Shown here piece after piece: positions 1-11,647 of a stretch of 60,000 nt of DNA. Every line of letters starts with the position of its first letter. Positions within the stretch are counted from its first letter, which is position 1. A program made the translations under genes and the position numbers. The DNA is from Lytechinus pictus (taxonomy: Eukaryota), in NCBI RefSeq assembly GCF_037042905.1, contig NC_087250.1, positions 22,818,001 through 22,878,000 of the forward strand. The letters run 5' to 3'. Under the pieces are notes generated by a model. The model saw only the letters and a program-made list of their open reading frames with translations, did not search any database and was not told the DNA's origin.

Positions 1-137
1 CTCCAGGTTACTAATGAAAAAATAAGTTGCAACTGTAGGCCTATGGAAATTGATATTTTTGGATACAAAAGTGATAATTTAATGAACTTTTTAAGTGTGT
101 CCTGTGTACTGCATTGGCATACCATAGATCTACGGCT

Positions 138-1418
138 GGGCAAGTCCAAGAATTCGCACATTTCAGAGGCTCTAATGACCTGAAAATAGTGTTAAATGAC
201 TTTGATTAGATTGAATACCCTCATGATGGTAGACATCTAGGAGAAGAATAATCATGCAAAAAATGGTGACATACATGTATGACCTTGACCTTTTAGAGAG
301 AAAAGATGTGCCGTTACGTATGGGACGCAGAAAAAAGACAATTTTTAAAACATTTTGTTCAAGTTGAGAATTCTCTGAGAGTATTTCATTTGACAACTTG
401 TAACTTAGTGTGATAGAAGTCACAATACTCTAGTATATCTAAGGCAAGTTTCAGGTCATAAGCCAAATCCCTCTAATTACAGACTCTAATTAAACAAATT
501 AATGACATGTTACGTATGGGACACTTTGTCCCCATAGAGAACGTACACAATTTTCCCTATAATTCAAAAAATTAAAATAATTTAAAATATGGAAATAACA
601 AGAGTTTCTTTCTTTTAAAATGTTATATTGAGACATGTTTGATATGACTGAAAGGGAAATTAGCCATTTCAACATTCCCCCCCCCCTTTTTTTCATGGTT
701 TCATGAATTTCTTATGTATTTCAAATGTTTTTTTTTTTTTTCATATTTTACCATTTTCACAATTTTTTCGCTTCGATTGTTTTCATTTATCAGTATTCAT
801 AACAAATCAGTCTTTAAAAACTAAAGAAAAGGTAAATAATCACTTTTTAGAGCACTCTTGAAATTTGTTTTTCTCAATTCACTTTTTACACAAATCTCCC
901 CATTGACATTGTGTGTAAATGTCCCATACTTAACAATTTTTTTATTTTTGAAACTTTTTGTGGTATAACATTCTCATACTTAATAAATTAGAACTTCCCA
1001 GAGATGCAACAATACAAGTATTGTATTATGAGAAATAACTTTAAAAAACATCCTCAAAATGTTACGTATGGGACATTCCATCCTTGGACAAGACCTAATT
1101 TGCATAATTAATTAGATGACACCACTTTTTCCCCCAAAAAGTAATAAGATGTTAGGGGGTCCATGTCCCACCTATGACTGAGTCTCAGAAGTTTTGTTTT
1201 CATTTTCTATGAGTTTTTTTAATTGTCCCATACATAACGCCCATTTTACCAATTATGCAAATTAGGTGCCCCAAATAAGCATAAATATGCATATTATCAA
1301 ATTTTTCTTAATGAAATTTTGAAATTCAACATTTGGGCTTTCTTACCCCACCAAAGATAACTTCTTAAATTAAAGATGAAATTTTGCCTTCTAGGGTGAC
1401 CTTTTCTTGGACTTGCCC
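138..1418. mobile_element. Non-autonomous TIR DNA transposon
   Basis: Perfect 15-bp TIR GGGCAAGTCCAAGAA / TTCTTGGACTTGCCC; internal GTTACGTATGGGAC motifs in both orientations; no clear TSD. Confidence 0.7.
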
Positions 1419-2549
1419 GTCTATATTTAGGTTCCCCACAGGCAGGGTGGTTGCAGTGAACAAGTGAGGAAGTCTAGCTTAACCATTTTCAATTTTCTGA
1501 GATAGGTAGGACCATAAAATAAAAGCTCTGAATTTGTCATGAAAAATACACAAAAATAATCCTTGATTGCTAAAACATAATAAAGATTACTTTAAAAATA
1601 CAGAAATTCCATATAATTTCTGAAAAAGTAGCCAAATAGATCCATTTTTATTTGCCAAAAAATACATAGATCCAGAAGAAATTGTACCTCGCTTAATGAA
1701 CGTTGCACAGATACACGCACACATGTAAAATGAAGTAATAATACATATTTCAGGTGTAAACATCGCACCGTGCGTCAGCGAGAATCCACGAAAATCCATT
1801 AACTTCATCATGCAATCCTGTATAGTCTATAGACTCTGTTAGCGATTCGCTGAGATATTGGCATCAACGCATTGACAAGCAAACTAACGTGCCTATCCCT
1901 AGACCTAGTCTACCATGTCTACACAAATTTTTGTGCAAATCGCGCTATGGCCGTGCCTGAGAAAATGACATTTCATTGATAGATTTTTACTGTCATGACT
2001 GTGTAACTTTTTATTATAAGCTGCTCGCATCTGACATTACAAATCAAGATTAACTCTTTTATTCATTCAATGTTAACGTTAGGCCTAGATGGATTTTTCT
2101 GAAACCTTTGGCTTTGCCTTTGGGAAGTTCGGCTTCGTAAATATTTGTATTTTTTAATTTTTTTCTGGCAGCCGGGTTTCTGCCATTTTAATTCTTACAA
2201 GTTACAATAAACAAAGTCAAAGATAAGACAGTTTTTCACTTTTTCAGTGAAAAACTGTCTTAACCTTTGTTTATTATTTTATATTGTTATTAGGGCCTAA
2301 TATTATTTAAAAAACGCCAGAAAAAAGGGTGAAAAAAACTGAAATAACTGAAATTCGTTCAACTAACGTTAGTTTAACTTCCCTTTAAATTAACCACACA
2401 TGCACATATCAGTCCTGTCTGAATAAATCATACTTTAATTGTTCGGACACAACATCATAAAAACCATTAATACGAATTTTCTAGTGCAAATAAAAAAATT
2501 GCCATTGACAAACACACGAAAAATTTCTCTCATAGACTTTACACAGGAA

Positions 2550-3279
2550 ACCATGGGCGCGGCCATCTTGTTTTTGTCTGCGGAATTTCCGACCAATTTT
2601 TGAAAGGATACAGTTTGCTTGCAAACACTTCGTTGGTGAATGGAATGAGAAAATACGGCTCAGCCAAGGTTACTGTCTTCGATAGGACCTTTGGAATGTA
2701 AAGTTTTTTCCCCAAAAGTGGCATTTTGGGGATTCTTCAGACGCCGGTGTTCCTCTCACAAAAGCGCTCGCTTTTAAAATCTGGCGCGAACGTCCCCGAC
2801 GATGACCCGAAAATGACCCCCACTTTCGGCGCTGCCGAGTATTTTCAAGCTCAATGGAATAGGAAAGATCAAAACATTTAATCGTAAAATACTCATTAAA
2901 AAATAGATTAAACAATTAATTTTCATTTTAAAATAATAATAAAATGTAAAAATAATTATTTCTATGTATTTTAAGGCTTAATAGTAGGATTCAGACCATT
3001 TTGTTATAGTCTAATGTTAGATTGAATGAATCATTGTGCGGCAAGTTCAAAATATTGCGCAATCCCGATTTATTGTATAAACATGCTGGAGCTGCAGTTT
3101 TCATCTGACAAATATGACTGCAATATCGATCTCGTTTCTCTTCGACGATAAGCAGATTGAACATCGTGTGTGGACAGTTAGTCAGCCGTCATTGGTTACC
3201 TCCCAATGTCCCAAAATAATATGGGTCGAGCGAATCTGATATGATGATATCTGAGAATTGACACGCGATCGCAGAAAAA
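2550..3279. promoter_or_regulatory. CpG-enriched, probably bidirectional promoter region of GEN1
   Basis: Local CpG enrichment; YY1 motif CAAGATGGCCGC on - (2559-2570); E2F-like TTCGCGCC on - (~2783-2790); C/EBP palindrome ATTGCGCAAT (3054-3063); ATTGG/CCAAT near 3191-3207. Confidence 0.55.
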
Positions 3280-3446
3280 ATGGGTGTTCAAAATTTGTGG
3301 CAGATTTTGGCTCCCGTGAAATCAACGGAATCCATCGATGTGTTGAAAGCGAGGATGGTCGCAGTGGATCTAGCGATATGGCTCGTTGAGAGTCAAGTCA
3401 CTGGGATCAAAATGATGCAAGGCAGAGTCATCAAACCTCATCTAAG
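3280..3446 (+). CDS. GEN1: GEN1 exon 1 (XPG-N)
   Basis: MGVQNLWQILAPVKSTESIDVLKARMVAVDLAIWLVESQVTGIKMMQGRVIKPHL(R); donor AG|GTGACT, phase 2. Confidence 0.95.
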
Positions 3447-6400
3447 GTGACTCCAATTCTCCAGTGTCGAAATATCCTCATTCATTAATCCATATTATCA
3501 TGTCTTTTCAATTTCATTCAATCTGGCATTCATTAATTCATCATTCAAAAAGACAAAATCAAAATTCAAATGTGATCAAGGACAAGGATTCAAGATGATC
3601 AATTCATTGACATTATTTAATACGTTGTCATTGAATTCATTCATTCGTTCATTCAATCATTATAATATTAGTCCTTCCTTCCTTCATTGAAATTGAATTC
3701 ATTCATGTCGTTGAAGACTTAGGGCCTATTCAGTTTTAATTCAACTTTGAGAATGAACTTTTGTTACGGTAAGATCTTTCTAGACGTCTGAACTTAGTTA
3801 CATGTAATTTGAATTGAAGTTGTTATTTTTAATCATGTTATGTTAGTCTACTCTATTCATGATTGTTGCGTCACATTTTAAGATTTTGTTTTGACTCTAG
3901 GAAGAGTCATGCCCATATATTATAGGCTTTATTTGTTTGAAAACTATTTTTAATAAATCATGTGAATGTACATTTGTGACATGAGAATTCCACAATGTAA
4001 AAATAATTACTTTCATAATTTTCAGGAACCTCTTCTTCCGGGTTTCCAACTTCCTTCGGCTCGGCGTGAAGTTGGTGTTTGTCATCGATGGTACTCCACC
4101 GGAGCTTAAATGGGAGGAGATTGCTCGAAGGAATGAAGCCAGAGTTGGAGGAGGATCAAGAGGAGGATGGAGAGGAAAAGATAGGAGAAGAGGAGGAGGA
4201 GGAGGAGGAGTAAAGAAGGCTTCAAGGTCCCACTTTACATCTTGGTTGAAAGAGGTATATTTTTAGTTTTACACAAAGAAAAACCTGCACCAACGGAACA
4301 CAGAACATGCAGAAGGGATGTTCATGATTGAAACAATAAAAATCATGTATTTTAAGAAAATTGTTAAATTTTTCTTTGTTTGAATGTTCAATTAATTGGA
4401 AATTACTGTAATTATCTTCGCTTGGTACCATTGTATTCACTGGCGGATCCAGGGGGGGGGGGGCACAGCCGGCCCATGCCCCCCCCCCCCCTTTTGAGAA
4501 GCCAAATTAAAATTTTTAATGTAAACATGCCATTAAAAGAGAGGTGTGCTCTTTTGAAAGTGAAGACCTTTTTTTTTTTGCTTGTCAAATTTTCCCTCCA
4601 AAAAAATGTGCCCCCCCCCCCTTTGGAAAATCCTGGATCCGCCCCTGACTCTATTCTATTCACAATAAGTATGTAGCAGGTCATCTTGATAAGTACCGGT
4701 AATAATAAATCCAGAAAAGAACACTATCAAAGAAATAAAGAAAAGTCCAAAGAACAACTTGTCACTATTTTCGTTTTATGATTGGCCAAACTTGACTTCA
4801 CTTTAATATTAACAAATGAATTGACTACGTTCAAGATCTACTGGACCTGATTCCAATAGGTAGATGATGGGGGCGTTGAGGTCTAGTGGTTTTTACGACT
4901 CTCGTCTTTCAATCAGAGGGACGTGGGTTTGAATCCCAGCCATGACATGTTTTTCTTCAGCAAGAAATTCACCCACACTGCTTCACTCAACCCAGGTGAG
5001 GTGTATGGCTACCCGTTAGGATTTACATGTATCCCTTGACGCTTTAGCACCAAAATGGCAGCTCAGCTACGGCCGGTATAATATGATACCACGCATCAAA
5101 GTGCAGTTGTAAATATGCATATAGTAACAGCGCTATATTAAAGTGATTGGTTAACATTGGTTTGACTTTTAAAAAATCTGAGCTAGAAGGTCACACTTGT
5201 CACCTGTGTCTGTGATTTGTTACAAAAATGAAGCCCAGAAAAAAGTGCGTTCGAAAATAATTATGTAGTGCTTCAAAAATTGAAATATAAAGTGACCGAA
5301 AACACCATCTTAATTTCATCACATACACTTATGTGTACTATTTAGGCGTCTATAAGACACCTATTTACAAAATCGGGGTTTGCCTTGTAGTTTTAGCTTT
5401 TCATTCTCAATAATGGTTGTTTTCAGGGTTTATTAGTTCTAATACATGCACTTGTACACATGTTTCATCTTGGTTTGAGAATTTTTTAAATCGGCTGCTC
5501 ACAAAGTTAAACAATACCTTTAATGAACATATTATTGTTATTATTATTGTTTTTTATATATAGTGTCAAGAGCTATTAGAACTGATGGGCGTGCCCTGTA
5601 TACAGAGCAAGGGGGAAGCGGAGGCCATGTGTGCTGCGCTAAACAGTGCAGGGGTATGTTTACATCTCTTCAGACATTAATTTATTGGTATAAAAAATCA
5701 TTTGACAATAGTAATATTTTCTAATGATTTTTTATTCCTTCCTCATTCTCTTGCTCTCTCATCCTACTAAAAGATTATGATTCATTCATTTTGTATGACA
5801 CTAAATAAAACCCATGGAGTATCACAACAATTTCATTCCTTAAAGGAGAATGAAACTCTTGGAGCAAGTTAGCTTTTGTGAAAGCAGAAAAATCAAAGAA
5901 TAAGATCAACAAAAGTTTGAGTAAAATAGGACTAGCAATAGAAGAGTTATGAGCATTTGAATATCGAGATCACTAATGCTATGGAGATCCTCCCTTTGGC
6001 AATGTGACCAAGATCTATGATGTCACAGATGAACAACTCTCCCCTTTTGGACACTGAAAATATACCCCAAAACTTCTCTTTTTGCTCATTCTAATCATAT
6101 GACAAACGATTCATCAATGATATAATGTTGTGAAACCTCTGTACTAATTGTCCTCTCATAAAGAGAACACCTCACCTTGTGATAGACTATATAAAAGTGA
6201 GAATATAAGTGAAATAAGTACTAAAGTAATGAGGGAGTTGTACGTGTGTGACATCACAGATCTTGGTCGCATCGCCAATGGGAGGATCTACATGGCATTA
6301 GTGATCTCGACATTCAAATGCTCATAACTTTCTTATTATTCATTCAATCTTCCTCAAACTTTCAACAATATTTTTCTTTGATTTTTCTCTTTGATATGGA

Positions 6401-9400
6401 GTCAGCTGGTTTCAAGGGTTTCATTCCCCTTTAAGATTTCAGTAAATAGTGTATATTTTTACCCAGTTGTAAGTAAAGTAAAAATGGATATAACGTGCCA
6501 TAATGAAAAAAAATTGCAAGATTGAATTAAGACGTGCTAATTTTGAATGTTTTTTGTTTGCTTACTTTGCAACCCATTCTTTTTTTTGGAAGTGGATCAC
6601 TCAAATATTTTTTCTGTTGACAAAATATACTGAAATCAAGGTACTACATTGTAAAATCATTCAATTTGATTTGCTGATAGAAAATGGTTTTTTTTATTAT
6701 AACAAGTCTAAATGAAACGGGTGCTTTTTGTAAAACTTAACAAATTTGCAATAACAGTTTAAAGCTTCTGAAATCATTTAATTTGATTGGCTGATATATA
6801 AATTGTTCTAGAAATTGTGCATTTGTGAGTTTTTAAGAAACAGGGCACTGGATATTTTGTATTGATTTGTAAAAATTGTGGGATATGAATATTAGAAAAT
6901 GATTATGATTTTTTTTTAGATGGTTGATGGCTGTATGACAGAAGATGGTGATGTATTTCTCTATGGAGCTCAAGTTGTTTATAGAAACCTAAATATGGCG
7001 ACAGGAGAGGTAAATATTTTTAGTATTATTGTCCAGGTATGCAATAAAAAAAATTCTGTCAAATAAACCTTATGCTTATGATCATTTGTGGGCTGCCATC
7101 ACAAAACCAATATTAAGTCGCCCCAAACAATTTTTTTTGGTTATCTCATTGAGCTTTAGATAGCACATCACTACATTATTTTTTGTCTTGCCTGCATATA
7201 GCAGAGCAAGACTATAGACGCTGCTTTTCTGACGGCGATGGCAGCGTCATCAAGATTTCAATTTTAACCAAGGGGCAATTCCATAAAATATGTAAGTCCG
7301 ACCCCCTCTATGTGGGACCTTCATGAAATTTTCTGTCTCTGATTTCTGGTTCTTTTCTCAGTCTGTAATGCCCTCAAATGACCATGACTTGGTCAGTTTA
7401 TAAAGTGAAGTAAGACTTGAGAAAAATGGGGGTCAGACGTACAAAATGGTTGATCATTTTATGGAATTGCCCCCATGTTAAGTTTTTGTAATGTGATCGT
7501 AACTTAAAAAGCGTATGGACCTAGTTCATGACACTTGGACATACACACAGATCGTCTTGCAGGACACATTATCAAGGTCAAAGGCCATTTAGGGTCGATG
7601 AACTTTGACTATGTTGTGGTATCACCATTGAAATAATAACCAAGGTCAAATTTTGAAATGGTATCAAAACTTTGAAAGTAAATAAATTCGTTGCAAGAAA
7701 CTTGGACATAAGGGTAATCAAGTATCACTGATCATTTTGCACGAGTCACATGATCAACGTCAGTCTTTTTCGAAGTCAGCAATGCTGCTATATTGAATTG
7801 CGTAATGCAGGTGAGACTGCCAGAGGTGTTCCACTTGTTAAAATTCTTTTTATTTCTCCTTGACTAGGTGGACTGTTACAGTATGGATGATATTAGGAGA
7901 GATCTAAACCTGGACCGTAGGCGGTTGATAGCTCTGGCCATTCTTCTCGGATGTGATTATCTGCCTAAAGGAGTACCTGGTATGGGTAACACAACATTTG
8001 CTCTTGCGTCATTTGCTCCAGCGATATTTGCTCCGGTGCTAATATCTCAGAGGGCTTAGTGTTATAGTCAGGATTGTAATAGCGGTATATAACTGAATCA
8101 GTATTTTACCTGTTAGAAAAAAATGTAGGGCTTAATTACCATTAAACTGAGTAGCTTTTAAACTTTATGGTATGAATTTAAGTTCAGTACAGTGTAGGTG
8201 ATTTAAAGGGATGGTCCAGGCTGAAATATCTAAATAAATAGAGTAAAATTCACAGAGCAAAATGCTGAAAATTTTGTCAAAATCGGATAACAAATAACGA
8301 AGTTATTGAATTTTAAAGTTTATAAATATTTTGTGAAAACAGTTATATGCACATCGTCATAAATATTCATTAGGTGGGCTGATGATGTCACATCCCCACT
8401 TTCCTTTTTCTTATGTTATTACATGAAATCATAAATGTTTCATTTTTTCAAACATGTGTAAATGATGTGTCTTCATTATTATGAAATAAGTTGCGGCAGT
8501 AAATAACTAATGCACTTAATCAGTTGTCAATCCAATTGTTTTAGTTCCTGGTAGAATTTTTTTAAATAAACCTAATTTCATATAATAAAATAATAAAAAA
8601 CAAGTGGGGATATGACATCATCAGCCCATCTAATGAATATTCATAAAGACATGCCTAGAACAGTTTCACCGGAATAAGGGAAATCTTCAAAATTCAATGA
8701 CTTTGTTATCCGATTTTGATAAAATTTTCAGCATTTTGCTTTGTGAATATTACTCTATTTATTGAGATATAAATATCTCCAGCCTGGAACATCCCTTTAG
8801 GCAATAAAACACATCAGAACCTGCACCTCAGGAAATTGTATGGTTTATTCTTAAAATGATATTCTTGGTAATTCATGATAAAAGTATATAAATATTTTGT
8901 ATTTCTATGAAAATAAATGTGGTCTATCGGAGGGGAGTTGTCACTCTAGAAGCCCAATTTTTTTTTTTTTATTCTTGGAAATTTATGATAAAGATGTATA
9001 AATATATTTAATTTCAACTAAAATGAAGGTGCTCTACAGTATTGTTGTTACTGTGGAAGCCCAATCTTTATTTTTAGTATTTCCCGAGTTGTTATTATTG
9101 TGGGGTTGAAAATAATACAGTATATATGGGGAAATAAATGTTCAACTGAAGATGGGAATAACACAAACTCAATCATACATCAAACAGAAGCAAATGGAGA
9201 GGAGAAGATGGAACTTAACTCTGAAGACACAGGAACAAAACTATACTTAACTCGATGAAGTCTGGTAGTGCACTGCTTTATTTGCTGGGCTTCCTTGCCT
9301 CAGTAAAACTCATACAAATTAGCATAATATATTCAAATTACACAAAATCAACCAATGAAAATAAAGAGAATGGAGAAGCCAACTGAAAGTGGAAAAGTCT

Positions 9401-11294
9401 AATTCATAAAAATAACCAAAAAGAGATGGAGGATGGAGATGAATAAGATGTTGGGATGATTACATAATAAGAATGTTGAACAAAAGAATCAGATGTGGGA
9501 ATGTAATGAATGAACACATCTGAATAGGAAAGGAATGACAGGAGAAGCAGGTTGAAAGTCAAATGTAAATGGATGACAACAGAAGCATCAAGATGGTAAA
9601 CAAAGCTGAACTAAATACCAAAGCTTGAACTATAAATAAGTATTAAAGAAACCACATGTCAAAATAATAGTCCAACATTATTATCACTACCAAAATTTGA
9701 TATTTTTCTCAGGGGTTGGAAAGGAGGTTGCTATGCGGTTTATGAACTCTCTACCCAGCTCTGCTGATCCCCTCAATCTATTCCAATCCTGGAAAGGAGG
9801 TTGTGATTCAGATTCTCAGACCAGTGAAGAAAGAAGTGTCAAAAAGTAAGAAGTATTTCTCATCTTGTCTAATAGGCCTGGTTTTGAGACACCACCATCG
9901 TTATCATCATCATCATTATCACCATCATCACCATCATCATCACCACCACCATCATCATCATCACCATCATCATCATCCTCATCACCATCATCACCATCAA
10001 CATTATCATCATAATCATCTTCATCATCACCATCATCATCATTATCATCACCATCAACATTATCATCATCTTCATCATCACCATCATCATCATTATCATC
10101 ATCATCATCAACATTATCATCATAATCATCTTAATCATCACCATCATCATCATCACCATCAAAATTGTCGGGGGGGGGGGGCCATTATGCCCCCCCCCCC
10201 CCCAGGGTTAATTAGGGTTAACCCTATCTAGGCCAGGGGGGCCTCGGAGACCCCCCTCAACGATCCGCGCAATATTTTCGCCGCGCAAAATGTTTTGACC
10301 GCGCCGCTCACTGACTTTTTACTTTCAAGTCTCGCGCAAATTTTGAGACCAAATTTGTGACGCCCGGGTACGCGGTTACGACATTACGCAACATTATGTA
10401 AGTGCACGTCAGACCCCAAAGTGCTCATAAACGTGATTTCATGTACAAATCCAATGCAGATTGTGTATTAGCCAAAATTCAAAAACGTATCATTATTTCT
10501 ACTTTTACTGATTAAACTTAATTAATTTTGCCTTGTTTATGATCAGAATTAAGTCTGGAAGGATTTCCATCGAGAAAACAATAAAAAAACAAAGAAATAC
10601 ATAAATCAAAAAAACAATAAAATACGTAAGAAATCGGTCTTGGTACCAGAATTTTTTTGATTCACAATTGTCAGGAATGCTGTAAAGAATATTTTCACCA
10701 AAAAATAGCATTCTAGGAGCTTTATTTATTGAATCAAAGCAAAAAGTATGATTTCATGAATAAATTAGCATAATTAATTCATATAAAATAAAAATATATG
10801 AATTCAGTGAAATTTACCAATGCAACTGCGTAGATTACATCATTCTCTACCATCATGCAAATTTTTGTTGTGATCGCGCAATACGCGGCTGAGATTTTAA
10901 GGGGGGGCCATAATGCGGCTGAGATTTTAAGGGGGGGCCATAATGCCCCCCCCCCCCCCCCCCCCCGGGAATGACAAGAATCAAAATACCCCAGGAGATT
11001 TAGGGTTAAAATGCCTGCCATATCCTTTCATTAAACTCTCCCCGGGTATGATACAGAGGATATGAAATGACAATGTGTTTTTGTGATTTAACATGGAAGT
11101 TTATTTTTGATTAAGGTGCCCGATGTTTTGTGTTCTTAATTCATACCTTCTCTCATCTTAACAGAAAATGTCTGAGAGTTGAGGGATTTCCCAACGATGA
11201 TGTCATCAAGGAATTCTTTCAGAATAAAGAGAAACCCTCTACCTGTCATATGGAATGGAAAAGGCCTCTTCTACTTCACCTAATGGTAATAATG

Positions 11295-11372
<78 letters not shown>

Positions 11373-11599
11373 GAAGTCCGGTTGCTGTTTAATATACCAA
11401 CAGAACATCAAGTTGTAGACAATGGAAATAATAGTAATAGTAATAATAGTAATAATTATAATAATAATTATAATAATAATAGTGATAATGATAATAATGA
11501 TAATAATGATAATAATAATAATGATAATAATAATAATGATAATCGTAATGATAATAATAATAATGATAATGATAATAATACTAATAATGATAATAATAT

Positions 11600-11647
<48 letters not shown>

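Noticed and set aside
2435..2566. MAAPMVSC... short minus-strand ORF as a protein start
   Set aside because: The ATG is part of the YY1 motif, the ORF closes after ~43 codons and has no strong donor; kept only as promoter evidence
4869..4945. tRNA genes (also 14440-14516 and 44030-44105)
   Set aside because: tRNA-like heads belong to a SINE family and lack a proper acceptor stem and terminator
9803..10231. Poly-His ORF
   Set aside because: Translation of an intronic (CAT)n microsatellite, out of frame with GEN1 exon 6
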